Source: a candidate division WOR-3 bacterium (GTDB lineage: Bacteria > Hydrothermota > Tepidihabitantia > SM23-42). Taken from it: DNA of 64,000 nt. This document shows, one piece after another, positions 1 through 9,289 of this stretch. The first letter of the stretch is position 1. Each line of letters starts with the position of its first letter. The position numbers and the translations under genes were made by a program. The stretch covers positions 228,435 to 292,434 of the forward strand of contig CP070802.1 in the NCBI GenBank assembly GCA_020343595.1, in the 5' to 3' direction. Below the pieces are notes generated by a model. That model made no database searches, had not been told where the DNA came from, and saw only the letters and a program-made list of their open reading frames with translations.

Positions 1-381
1 GAACGGAGCAAGAACATTATTGGGACGTGCAGTACTCGGTATCGTGGGAAATGGAGCTGCTTCGAGAAAGTTATCACCAAACGCAATATAGCCGTTCGAA
101 CCAACGAAGAATGAGTTCACCGTGTACCAGTAATAAGGAAAATCGAATCCAATTGAGAATGGTCCTACCACATTGTCATCGCCGAGGCCAGTTACCTGAG
201 TGCCAACCGTCGATATATCAATCCAGTTATAGGTCGGCACCGGTAAAGTCGGTGATGAAGTATCACTATCGACCCAGCGGTAGCCGTAGGCATCGGGGCC
301 GCCGGCACCACGGACGACTGCGGGGGTCGTCGCGGTGAACCCGGAGCCAGTTATTTGAAGAAACAATAATACTATTGCCAT
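1..381 (-). CDS. Secreted protein, N-terminal part (3' end runs off the window start)
   Basis: ATG at 381..379 preceded by AGGAGG (382..390, minus strand). The product begins MAILLLFLQITGSGFTA, which is signal-peptide-like, then PDAYGYRWVDSD. Open to window edge. Confidence 0.5.
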   Translation of the reverse strand, partial: MAIVLLFLQITGSGFTATTPAVVRGAGGPDAYGYRWVDSDTSSPTLPVPTYNWIDISTVGTQVTGLGDDNVVGPFSIGFDFPYYWYTVNSFFVGSNGYIAFGDNFLEAAPFPTIPSTARPNNVLAPF

Positions 382-455
382 ACTCCTCCTTTTTCGCAAT
401 TATACAGGATGCTATTGTGGTGTCAATATTGAAAGGGTGCTCTGGGGTCACGGAT

Positions 456-512
456 TTGCGTATGAAAAAAAGGCGGCAGCCGGATTTGCACCGGCGAATA
501 GCGGTTTTGCAG
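456..512 (-). terminator. Rho-independent terminator downstream of tRNA-Gly
   Basis: On the minus strand, GGCGGCGG...CCGGCTGCCGCC forms a GC-rich stem with an inner CCGG-N7-CCGG hairpin. It is followed by a T7 run (A-run at 456..462 on the plus strand). Confidence 0.5.
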
Positions 513-598
513 ACCGCCGCCTTGCTACTTGGCTATACCGCCTTAACTGTCTGTGGTCAAGATCGTGCACTCAGACAGGACACTCGATCTTGCTCAAA

Positions 599-670
599 AG
601 CGGGAGACGGGATTTGAACCCGCGACCCTCACCTTGGCAAGGTGATGCTCCACCACTGAGCTACTCCCGC
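599..670 (-). tRNA. tRNA-Gly (anticodon GCC)
   Basis: Reverse complement reads GCGGGAGTAGCTCAGTGGTGGAGCATCACCTTGCCAAGGTGAGGGTCGCGGGTTCAAATCCCGTCTCCCGCT. Cloverleaf has a 7 bp acceptor stem, a GTTCAAATC T-loop, and anticodon loop TTGCCAA. CCA is not encoded. Confidence 0.85.
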
Positions 671-788
671 GTGGTATTTAGAGTATATCCGTCATCGAGG
701 AAAAGTCAACAATTCAATTCCCATGTATGAACAGGCAAACCCATACCAGAGAAAGCAGAAAAACTGTTACCCCTGAGACGGTATGTCG

Positions 789-1679
789 TTAAGCCCGAGG
801 GTGGTATAAACGGTGCACTTCTTTTAAATATTCCCGGTCAATATGAGTATATATCTGGGTTGTTGAAATATCCGCGTGGCCCAGGAGTTCCTGGACAACC
901 CGCAAGTCAGCGCCTCCTTCCAGAAGGTGGGTTGCGAATGAATGACGAAAAGTATGTGGTGTCACTTTCTTCTTGACTCCGGACACGACCCAGTAACCCC
1001 GTAATATCTTGAGAAAACCCATACGTGATAGCTTCCTGCCGCGGGCGTTAAGGATCAGAATAGAAGATGTCTTGTTCTTCAGAATGGCTGGCCTGCCATT
1101 GAGGAGATAATTGTCGATCGCGAATCTGGCTTTGTTTCCAAACGGCACCAGACGCTGCTTGTTACCCTTTCCGACAACACTGAGTAGTCTCTCATTCAAC
1201 TGCAAATCACCAAGCTTCAATGAAAGTAGTTCTGAAATCCTCAAGCCAGACGAGTACAGCAGCTCCAGACAAGCCCGATCCCGCAATCCAAGCGGAGTCT
1301 TCTTACTTGCCGCCTCCACGATCGCACTGATTTCTTCCACGGACAGAACGAGTGGAAGTTTGCGCCTCGTTTTCAGCAATTCCAGGTCCATAGCCGGATT
1401 CACGCATATGACTTTACTCTGCATCAAAAATCGATAGAACGTCTTAACGGCTGATATCTTACGATTGATCGAAACGGCACTCAGGTGCATATCCGAAAGC
1501 GAATGTATGAAAGCCCTTAAATCCCGAGGGGTAGCGGACGGCAGTTGCTTACCGGTCTGTTCAAGGAATACATGGAGTTGCTTGAGATCGTATTGATAAG
1601 CGTGTATCGTCGCCAGTTCATCGCCCTGCGCAAGCAGATGATTCTGGAACTCTGCTATGGTATTTTTGTACGTGATCAA
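789..1679 (-). CDS. Site-specific tyrosine recombinase, XerC/XerD family
   Basis: 296 aa. C-terminal catalytic motifs are present: HTFRHSFATHLLEGGADLRVVQELLGHADISTTQIYTHI and R..LGKGNKQR. Confidence 0.85.
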   Translation of the reverse strand: MITYKNTIAEFQNHLLAQGDELATIHAYQYDLKQLHVFLEQTGKQLPSATPRDLRAFIHSLSDMHLSAVSINRKISAVKTFYRFLMQSKVICVNPAMDLELLKTRRKLPLVLSVEEISAIVEAASKKTPLGLRDRACLELLYSSGLRISELLSLKLGDLQLNERLLSVVGKGNKQRLVPFGNKARFAIDNYLLNGRPAILKNKTSSILILNARGRKLSRMGFLKILRGYWVVSGVKKKVTPHTFRHSFATHLLEGGADLRVVQELLGHADISTTQIYTHIDREYLKEVHRLYHPRA

Positions 1680-2896
1680 ATCGGTACGACCAGTCTGCGG
1701 GGGTATTTTGTTAGGTTGACGATCCTGCCCTGCGTTGTGACATGAATTACATCCTCAAGCCTGACACCATAACCCTTCGCCGGATAGTACAAACCAGGTT
1801 CAATTGTGAAAACCATTCCCGGTTCGATGCGAGCCTTATTGGTCTTGAAGATATTGAAGAACGGACTCTCGTGTATATTCAACCCAATACCGTGACCCAG
1901 TGAGTGACAGTACCCGATCTGTGTTCTGGTGTCACTCAAGAAAGTCTGATGTCCCTTCCGCTCGAAAAATTCGCATACCTTATGCTCAATTTCCTTTGTT
2001 CTCCTTCCTACCTTCAACAAGCTGCACGCGTAATCATGTGCACATGACACCGTATCATATAGTGTTTTAACCGCTTTTGGTGCGGAGCCAAAGCAAACTG
2101 TTCTCGTAAAATCAAAGAAATATCCTCCACCAATCTCCTGCGGGAAGATATCGAATACTATTGGTGTACCGACTCTTACCGGCTGGCGATCGCGTCCTTG
2201 GTTATGAGGAATACCTGCATCGCGCCCCTGAGCAACAATCATACCTCCAGCGTCGAAGACACCGTGCTCAAACAACTGCTGCCTAATGATACGCCTGAGA
2301 TCTCCTATCAACAGTTTGCGTCCGCGCCCGGCCATGAGAACTCCCTTACTTGTGCTGCATTTTCGGGCGGTATCCAGCATTACGTTAAACGAACGGACCA
2401 CTGCGTTTCTCACTCTTCTGATCCGTGCAATCTCTTCTGTACCCTTGGTCAGACGTGCCAGAGTAATCAATCCTCGTGCGTTACCATCATGTAATTTCAC
2501 ATTCCTGTTGAATTTCAGTATGTGCTTCATGTATTTATATCCAACTCCCAGGGGAAAATTGCCGTAGAATATGACATTACCCTCAACCTTCAGATCGCTG
2601 AACAATTTCGCAACGAAGAATGCATTTGCCTTCTGGACATCCTTGTATCTCTCGAGAAATTTCTGGCGATCATATTTGTTGATGTTGATCAAGCGGTGAC
2701 CTGATTTTGCCGCAACTTCTCGCTCAATCGGCGTGTGTATAACATAGGCAGGCTTCCCCCGCCTCTTGATAAAGTGTGCGAAGATGTTTGCTCCATTCAA
2801 CAAGTAGTACATATTTGTATCTCGACTAGCATGTCCTTCTGCGTATATCGCATCGACCTTCATTTTCTTCATCAATGCATCTAAATCCTTTTTCAT
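1676..2896 (-). CDS. M24 family metallopeptidase (Xaa-Pro aminopeptidase/creatinase fold)
   Basis: 406 aa. Contains the HSLGHGIGLNIHE metal-binding motif of pita-bread M24 enzymes. 4 nt overlap with the upstream gene. Confidence 0.8.
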   Translation of the reverse strand: MKKDLDALMKKMKVDAIYAEGHASRDTNMYYLLNGANIFAHFIKRRGKPAYVIHTPIEREVAAKSGHRLININKYDRQKFLERYKDVQKANAFFVAKLFSDLKVEGNVIFYGNFPLGVGYKYMKHILKFNRNVKLHDGNARGLITLARLTKGTEEIARIRRVRNAVVRSFNVMLDTARKCSTSKGVLMAGRGRKLLIGDLRRIIRQQLFEHGVFDAGGMIVAQGRDAGIPHNQGRDRQPVRVGTPIVFDIFPQEIGGGYFFDFTRTVCFGSAPKAVKTLYDTVSCAHDYACSLLKVGRRTKEIEHKVCEFFERKGHQTFLSDTRTQIGYCHSLGHGIGLNIHESPFFNIFKTNKARIEPGMVFTIEPGLYYPAKGYGVRLEDVIHVTTQGRIVNLTKYPRRLVVPI

Positions 2897-2909
2897 AGAC
2901 CCAGCCCCT

Positions 2910-3515
2910 TTACTTGATGTACCAACTTGCCAACTTGAAGAAATTCTCGAGTATCAACCGGCCCGCCGGGTGCTCTTCGTCAAATCTTTCCGGGTGAAAC
3001 TGCACCCCATAGATGGGTAACTTCACACTTTTCATGACCTCGATCCTGCAATTCGGAGAGGTGGCAAGTAGTTCGAAATCAAATGGCAAATCGACCACCA
3101 TTTCTTCGTGTGATTCAAGTACCAAAAACTTCTCTGGAAGACCTTCGAAAAGCTCATTATCACTCATTCGCTCTACCATATAGTAACCTTCCACCTTCGT
3201 GTCCATACCGGCAACATCTGCTCCAAAAGCCAGAGACATAAGCTGATGACCAAAACATATCCCAAGCATCGGCTTTTCAGTAGCCCTGATGAAATCCACT
3301 TCGTTGGCGTAGGTATCCATTATGCCGGGCTCAGCAAGTTTGCGCTGCGAACCGGAAAGGACGATCACATCGTAGAGTTTGAATTCTTCCCCAGGAGGGA
3401 TTGCAGAATAATCCTTGATCTCCACTGTGTGAACCGTTATATCCTTCAGAACATTGTACAGCTTCTCGATCTGCGGCGAATTGGGCAAGTAGTTGTCAAT
3501 TATCAACGTTCTCAT
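2910..3515 (-). CDS. Class I glutamine amidotransferase domain protein
   Basis: 201 aa. Has the GICFGHQL catalytic Cys motif and a GVQFHPE His motif. Confidence 0.7.
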   Translation of the reverse strand: MRTLIIDNYLPNSPQIEKLYNVLKDITVHTVEIKDYSAIPPGEEFKLYDVIVLSGSQRKLAEPGIMDTYANEVDFIRATEKPMLGICFGHQLMSLAFGADVAGMDTKVEGYYMVERMSDNELFEGLPEKFLVLESHEEMVVDLPFDFELLATSPNCRIEVMKSVKLPIYGVQFHPERFDEEHPAGRLILENFFKLASWYIK

Positions 3516-4548
3516 CGATCACCTCGAAGAGGGCTTCAACGAGTTTGTCCTCTTTCACTCGTCGTATCTCCTTACCCTTAGCGAAAACGGCACCGACCCC
3601 TTTACCACATGCAATCCCGAAATCAGCCTCACGAGCTTCACCAGGTCCATTAACGACACAACCCATAACAGCAACCTTCATAAAAGGATCATATTTCTGC
3701 AATCGCTTCTCAACGTTTCGCGCTATGCGTTCCAGATCCACGTCACATCGACCACACATCGGGCAGCTAATCAATATTGGTCCTCTTTGCCGTATTCCAA
3801 GTGCACTTAGTATTGCGTAAGCAGCTACAACTTCGTATACCGGGTCGGCGGTCAAAGAAACCCTTATTGTATCACCAATGCCAGAATAAAGAATAATACC
3901 CAATCCCACAGCGCTCTTAACGGCTCCGGATAATGGCAATCCAGCCTCCGTGATCCCTATGTGCAGAGGAAAATCAAATTCCTCATTCAGTATTTTATAA
4001 ACTTCTATGGTCTGACGCACATCAACTCCTTTTGCCGAAAGGACGATCTGGTCGAAATCATTTTCCCGGAATATGGCCGTTGCCACTCTTACCGAGTCGA
4101 CGATGGCATCGACACCAGGATGTCGATATTTCTGCAACACTTCCTTGGGCAGTGAACCCGAATTGACGCCGATTCTTATTGGAACATCATTCAATCTTGC
4201 TTGTCTGATGATCTCTTCGACTCTCCAAACATCACCGATGTTGCCTGGGTTTATTCTTATCTTATCGGCCCCGGCTTTGATCGCACCCAGTGCCAAACGG
4301 TAGTCAAAATGTATATCCGCGATCACAGGTATACTCACCGATGCTTTTATCCGCCTTAATGCTGCAACATCATCACGATTAACAACTGCACAACGAACCA
4401 ATTCACAACCAGCCCTTTGGAGACGTCTGATCTGGCGAACGGTTCCAGCGACATCTGCCGTCTTAGTCTTGGTCATCGACTGTACAACCACTGGATGTCC
4501 ACCTCCGATCCGGAAATCTCCAATACGCACGACTCTCTTCTGTTTCAC
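3496..4548 (-). CDS. ispG: 4-hydroxy-3-methylbut-2-enyl diphosphate synthase IspG (GcpE)
   Basis: 350 aa. Conserved IspG segments: IADIHFDYRLAL, INPGNIG, and CPMCGRC / VMGCVVNGPGE cluster ligands. Confidence 0.9.
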   Translation of the reverse strand: MKQKRVVRIGDFRIGGGHPVVVQSMTKTKTADVAGTVRQIRRLQRAGCELVRCAVVNRDDVAALRRIKASVSIPVIADIHFDYRLALGAIKAGADKIRINPGNIGDVWRVEEIIRQARLNDVPIRIGVNSGSLPKEVLQKYRHPGVDAIVDSVRVATAIFRENDFDQIVLSAKGVDVRQTIEVYKILNEEFDFPLHIGITEAGLPLSGAVKSAVGLGIILYSGIGDTIRVSLTADPVYEVVAAYAILSALGIRQRGPILISCPMCGRCDVDLERIARNVEKRLQKYDPFMKVAVMGCVVNGPGEAREADFGIACGKGVGAVFAKGKEIRRVKEDKLVEALFEVIDENVDN

Positions 4549-4550
4549 CG

Positions 4551-5813
4551 CTATTTCCCGCGACGTATACTTGCCCCAAGTCTACGTAACTTCACTTCGA
4601 ACTTTTCGTAGCCCCGATCCAGATGATATATCCTTCTTACTACTGTCGTTCCCTTTGCAGCAAGACCGGCAAGCACCAGCGCCGAGGATGCCCGGAGATC
4701 CGATGCCATGAGCTGGGTACCGGAGAGTTTCTTTACTCCCTTGATTACAGCAGTATCCCCCTCGATCGTGATATTCGCACCCATTCGCATCAACTCGACA
4801 GCCTGCATAAATCGATTCTCAAATATCGATTCCTTGATCGTACTAGTGCCCGGAATTGTCGAAAGAAGTGCCATGAATTGCGCTTGCATGTCAGTTGGAA
4901 ACCCGGGGTATGGTGCAACAAATATATCTGTCGCTTTCCTCCGTCCCCTACCATCTACTATGATACCGTCTTCTGCTTCCCGTATCACCAGGCCAATCTC
5001 GCGCAGTTTCTCAAGAACACTTGTCATGTGCTCTGACACCGCCCGTTTTACCACGATTCTACTCCTGGTTATCGCCGCAACGGTGGCAAATGTACCTGCT
5101 TCGATACGATCCGGGATGATTTTGTAATTGACACCACTGTGAAAACTATCACAACCGACAACTGTTATTTCGTGACTTCCCTGTCCGCTGATCTCAACAC
5201 CCAGGGCTCGGAGGAAATTCGCAACGTCGACCACCTCCGGTTCTGCCGCAGCCGGACTAATCACAGTTTTCCCTCGTGCTCGACTTGCCGCCAGCATGAC
5301 ATTAATAGTTGCACCAACTGAAGTTCCTTTCGGCCCCTGTAGGTCCACGTTCTGTCCCCGAAGGTTGCGCGCATCGGCGTTAATGTACCCTTCGGTAATA
5401 GAGATCTTCGTACCGAGAGCTGTGAAACCCTTGATGTGCAGGTCAATCGGTCTCGGTCCTATCGCACAACCACCCGGCATTGCCACGCTGGCTCTTTTCT
5501 CGCGCGCAATTAACGCACCCAGGACGTAGTAAGATGCCCGCATCCTGGTGACGATGTCATAGGGTGCTTCCAACCGTTTTACCTTGGGGGTATGTATGGA
5601 AAGCGTATTCCTTTTGAAATCGACACGCGCCCCCAGATGAGTAACAAGTTCTATCATGGTCCGTACATCGAAGACGTCGGGTACATTCTTGAGTGTTACT
5701 TTCTTGTCAGTCAGAAGCGCAGCCGCTATTATTGGTAAAGCGGAATTCTTGGCACCGGATACGTTGACTTCACCCGAGAGTCGTTTGCCTCCCTCGATGA
5801 AAAATCTTGCCAT
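4551..5813 (-). CDS. murA: UDP-N-acetylglucosamine 1-carboxyvinyltransferase
   Basis: 420 aa. N-terminus reads FIEGGKRLSGEVNVSGAKNSALPIIAAALL, typical of MurA. Confidence 0.9.
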   Translation of the reverse strand: MARFFIEGGKRLSGEVNVSGAKNSALPIIAAALLTDKKVTLKNVPDVFDVRTMIELVTHLGARVDFKRNTLSIHTPKVKRLEAPYDIVTRMRASYYVLGALIAREKRASVAMPGGCAIGPRPIDLHIKGFTALGTKISITEGYINADARNLRGQNVDLQGPKGTSVGATINVMLAASRARGKTVISPAAAEPEVVDVANFLRALGVEISGQGSHEITVVGCDSFHSGVNYKIIPDRIEAGTFATVAAITRSRIVVKRAVSEHMTSVLEKLREIGLVIREAEDGIIVDGRGRRKATDIFVAPYPGFPTDMQAQFMALLSTIPGTSTIKESIFENRFMQAVELMRMGANITIEGDTAVIKGVKKLSGTQLMASDLRASSALVLAGLAAKGTTVVRRIYHLDRGYEKFEVKLRRLGASIRRGK

Positions 5814-5857
5814 CGGACGATTATAAGGAAATTGTATCTGATGTCAATCTAAAATCT

Positions 5858-7492
5858 TCATCCGCGCCCAAACTTGTGCGCCAGTTCTTCTATCGTCCAT
5901 CTTAGTACGATCGGACGACCGTGCGGACATGTATAGGGGTTTTCAGTAGCGAACAGCCGATCGATCAACGACTGCATTTCAACTGATGAAAGCTTCTGCC
6001 CCGCTTTGATCGCACCGCGGCACGCGACAACGCGCGCAATCTCTGTTTTTTCCTTGATGAGATCTCCGATTGAGCTGAGTTCACTAAAAATCCCCGCAAT
6101 TTCCTCACGATTTATGCGAGCATCCGAGGGCAGGCTGTCAATAACAATCGTGCGGCTAGAGAACTCTTTGAATTCAATACCCATGTCGGTGAGAGCAAGC
6201 TTCGTTTTCTCGTATACTCTGTATTCTTCCGGAGTCAGATCTATTGTGATGGGAAAAAGGAGACGCTGTGACTGTACCTTGCCCTTCATTATTGACTCAT
6301 AGATTATACGTTCATGTGCAACATGCTGGTCGACGATGATCATCCCGGATTTGGTCTGGGCAAGTATATAGGTCCCGTGGAGTTGCCAGAACTCTTCGGT
6401 GGTACGGCCGGCTTCAGTGCTCTGCCCTTCGCCATACGAAAGAATAGTATCTTGCACAAAACCCTTTGCAGCCACTACGGGAGCAACCTTGTTTTCCGCA
6501 ATAACGTTGTCCAACTGCACAGGCTTCTTGTATATTGTACGCCTGACCACCTGGCACAGCAGATCCACCACATACCTTTCATCTTTCAACTTGACTTCGC
6601 TCTTCGTTGGATGAATATTCGCATCAACGGATTCGGGGTCGACCGTTATGTTCACCGCAAAAGCAGGTGGGTACTGTGGTTCCTGGTATAACTCAAGCAA
6701 CGCCCGATAGATACGGGGATACTTGACCGGCCTGGAATTAACGTATATATACTTGAGTCCATGTCTTTCAGTCAACCCGGGCAGCGATACTACGCCGGCA
6801 ATGCTTATTGCTCCGAGACTGAAATCGACTTCAACCAGTGCATCAGCTACTTTCCTCGGGAATAGCTTCTTAGCTCTCTGGATGACCGATGCGTGCCCCG
6901 GTACATTGAATATCGCTCTCCCATTATCTCCAAGATAGAATGCAATATGTGGGGATATGACCGCGTAACTGCTAATTAGATTTGTGATCAAACGACGTTC
7001 CCAATTAGCCGACTTCATGAATTTCAGCCGGGGTGGCAAATTGTAGAAAAGATCAGAAACTTTTATCCTGGTTCCCCGGGGTCTTTCCGAATCGAGAATG
7101 CGTTTGATCAACCCCCCTTCAGCAATGATCTTAGTTCCTGCCAGGCCATCAGAGGTTTCTATCTCGATTCGAGAAACCTGAACAATACTTGCCAGTGCTT
7201 CGCCACGAAATCCGTACGTCCTGATGCGCTCAATATCATCAAGGGATAAGATCTTGCTGGTTGCATACCTCTCAAGCGCAAGCTGTGCATCTTCTCGTCC
7301 CATACCAGAACCGTCATCGTTGACCAGACACGTTGTCTTACCACCGTTGCTGATCTCGATTTCGATCTTTTTTGCGCCGGCATCGAGTGCGTTCTCCACC
7401 AATTCCTTTACCACTGAAACCGGCCTGGTAATCACTTCACCCGCCGCAATCTTATCGCGTAAATCAGCAGGGAGAACCTTGATCTTAGCCAT
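5858..7492 (-). CDS. mutL: DNA mismatch repair protein MutL
   Basis: 544 aa. GHKL ATPase N-terminus IKVLPADLRDKIAAGEVITRPVSVVKELVENALDAGA and a MutL C-terminal dimerisation region. Confidence 0.9.
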   Translation of the reverse strand: MAKIKVLPADLRDKIAAGEVITRPVSVVKELVENALDAGAKKIEIEISNGGKTTCLVNDDGSGMGREDAQLALERYATSKILSLDDIERIRTYGFRGEALASIVQVSRIEIETSDGLAGTKIIAEGGLIKRILDSERPRGTRIKVSDLFYNLPPRLKFMKSANWERRLITNLISSYAVISPHIAFYLGDNGRAIFNVPGHASVIQRAKKLFPRKVADALVEVDFSLGAISIAGVVSLPGLTERHGLKYIYVNSRPVKYPRIYRALLELYQEPQYPPAFAVNITVDPESVDANIHPTKSEVKLKDERYVVDLLCQVVRRTIYKKPVQLDNVIAENKVAPVVAAKGFVQDTILSYGEGQSTEAGRTTEEFWQLHGTYILAQTKSGMIIVDQHVAHERIIYESIMKGKVQSQRLLFPITIDLTPEEYRVYEKTKLALTDMGIEFKEFSSRTIVIDSLPSDARINREEIAGIFSELSSIGDLIKEKTEIARVVACRGAIKAGQKLSSVEMQSLIDRLFATENPYTCPHGRPIVLRWTIEELAHKFGRG

Positions 7493-7547
7493 TTTCTATT
7501 CTATTGAAGATAGTCATAAAGTCAAGGAATGGACCGCAAGGCTCAAG

Positions 7548-7580
7548 CAAAAAAAAGGCTCGGTCCAGGATTCTGTGGAC
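7548..7580 (-). terminator. Rho-independent terminator after M42 peptidase gene
   Basis: Minus-strand hairpin GGTCCACAGAATCCTGGACC followed by a U8 run (A-run 7548..7555 on plus). Confidence 0.45.
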
Positions 7581-7619
7581 CAAGCCTGTGCTGTTCACAT
7601 TTTATTTATGCAGCGTACA

Positions 7620-8636
7620 TCAGTCAAACCCCCTTATGAAATGTGCAACCAACGTAGCGGTCCGTTCAATATCCTTCAATGAAACTATCTCGATCGGCGT
7701 ATGCATATAACGTAACGGTATATTCAAAACACAGGTAGGTACTCCATCGCGATTGAAAGCGATGTCATCGGCATCAGTGCCGGTCACGCTAGTTACTGCC
7801 TCGACTCGATAAGGTATCTTATATTTCCTGGCCGTTTTCGTAAGCCGGTCGAATAGACTTGGTGGTATGGTGGCACCCCGCAGTATTGTCGGACCGCTAT
7901 TCAACGGGAAGTACTCATACTCTTTTAGACCCGGATGCTCCGCATGAGAGACATCGAGCACGACTCCATAATCAATCGGGAGGCGATATGCATGTATCTT
8001 CGCTCCCATACCGGTGTACTCTTCCTGACTCGTGGCAACAAAATGCACATCCACATTACATTTCTTTCTTGCCAATTTCTTGAGAACCAATATGCCGCAC
8101 GCAACACTCGCTCGGTTATCAAGTGCCTTTACGACACGTAGTTTGCCCGGTAATCTTCCGTACCGCCCGTCAAAGGTAACATAATCACCCACTTGGACAT
8201 CTTTCTTAACAGCCGACGGTTCAAGTCCGGTATCAACAAACAGATCCTCGAGCCGGGGGGCTTTCTTCCGGTCCTCTTTCGATAGAAGATGTGGCGGCTT
8301 TGCAGCGATATAGCCCGTTAGCTTTCTCTTACCGGCTACTATCACCTCCTGGCCTGGAAGGATCCGGGTGTCGGCGCCACCGATCTCACTCAGAAATATG
8401 CGCCCTTCTCCATCAATTCTCGATACCATGTATCCTATCTCATCGGCATGGCATGCCAGCATGACACCGGACTTTCCCCTACCCTTTAGGTGCGCAACGA
8501 CGCTGCCGTCTCTCTCCATTACCGCAGGAATATGAACGGCCTTGAGGCACTGCTGGATCACGGCAGAAACATCACCTCCATACCCGACGCCAGTGGCCAG
8601 AGTTAGTTTCTCTAATAGCCGGTCGAGATAGTTCAT
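7620..8636 (-). CDS. M42 family aminopeptidase (FrvX/glutamyl aminopeptidase-like)
   Basis: 338 aa. M42 architecture with conserved H/D/E metal ligands (ACHADEIGYMV). Confidence 0.75.
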   Translation of the reverse strand: MNYLDRLLEKLTLATGVGYGGDVSAVIQQCLKAVHIPAVMERDGSVVAHLKGRGKSGVMLACHADEIGYMVSRIDGEGRIFLSEIGGADTRILPGQEVIVAGKRKLTGYIAAKPPHLLSKEDRKKAPRLEDLFVDTGLEPSAVKKDVQVGDYVTFDGRYGRLPGKLRVVKALDNRASVACGILVLKKLARKKCNVDVHFVATSQEEYTGMGAKIHAYRLPIDYGVVLDVSHAEHPGLKEYEYFPLNSGPTILRGATIPPSLFDRLTKTARKYKIPYRVEAVTSVTGTDADDIAFNRDGVPTCVLNIPLRYMHTPIEIVSLKDIERTATLVAHFIRGFD

Positions 8637-9265
8637 TACCGACGTCTCCTCGAACGGGAATCGCGCCTACTCTGCATCACCTTTTTTGAAGACTCCTCTT
8701 CAATGCTGCAAAAAACCAGACTACCCTTGTCCGATGTGATCATAGTCTGTACACGGGCATTTACGACCTGGTTCACGTACTTGGCCGAATTCTCAACGAC
8801 AACCTTAACGCCTTCTATGTAACCCACTCCCTCGTTGGTACGCAACCCCTTCTTGAGAACTCTGACGGAAATCATCCGACCCGGAATGAATATCGGCGTC
8901 AGAGTCCTGTAAAGATCCCTGATATCGATGACTCTGACCTTTGGGTATGATTTTGCATGCCTGCAGAGCTCATCCGATGCTGTGAATACCTTTGCCTTCT
9001 TCCTGCTGGCGATATTGAGGACACATATCTCCTCAATCAATCCATTACCTTTGTCCAGCACATATTCGACAGGCACGTTGCTTGCCAGCGTATTGAACAA
9101 CTTCTCAAAATCCGGGCCGCTTGCTTTCTGCACAATATCGTGTACAAGCTGCGGGACGATAACTTTACCCTCAAAAAATCTCTTACTAAACAATTGTACT
9201 ATTCTACCGTCAAGAATACTTGAAGAATCCAGAACATATTTGTTTTCGCGTTTAAAGAAATGCAT
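8636..9265 (-). CDS. PIN and TRAM domain protein
   Basis: 209 aa. N-terminal PIN-like fold (VLDSSSILDGRI) and C-terminal TRAM/OB region. It sits immediately upstream of radA, as in many bacteria. Confidence 0.6.
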   Translation of the reverse strand: MHFFKRENKYVLDSSSILDGRIVQLFSKRFFEGKVIVPQLVHDIVQKASGPDFEKLFNTLASNVPVEYVLDKGNGLIEEICVLNIASRKKAKVFTASDELCRHAKSYPKVRVIDIRDLYRTLTPIFIPGRMISVRVLKKGLRTNEGVGYIEGVKVVVENSAKYVNQVVNARVQTMITSDKGSLVFCSIEEESSKKVMQSRRDSRSRRRR

Positions 9266-9289
9266 TTTTCCTCCTACTCAATCATAGGT

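Noticed and set aside
1-381. Calling the first partial protein a T9SS cargo
   Set aside because: Only the N-terminal signal-peptide region is in the window. The sorting domain would be C-terminal and is not visible.
599-1679. Tyrosine recombinase next to tRNA-Gly as the integrase of an integrated genomic island
   Set aside because: The recombinase has XerC/XerD-type motifs and lies on the 5' side of the tRNA, not at its 3' end. The flanking genes (M24 peptidase, ispG, murA, mutL) are core housekeeping genes. No direct repeat of the tRNA 3' end was seen.
3496-3515. 20 nt overlap between ispG and the downstream glutamine amidotransferase gene as a frameshift or fusion
   Set aside because: The frames differ and both proteins have complete, normal termini. 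Short overlaps are common throughout this window (mlaD/mlaF 23 nt, HdrA/HdrD 11 nt).
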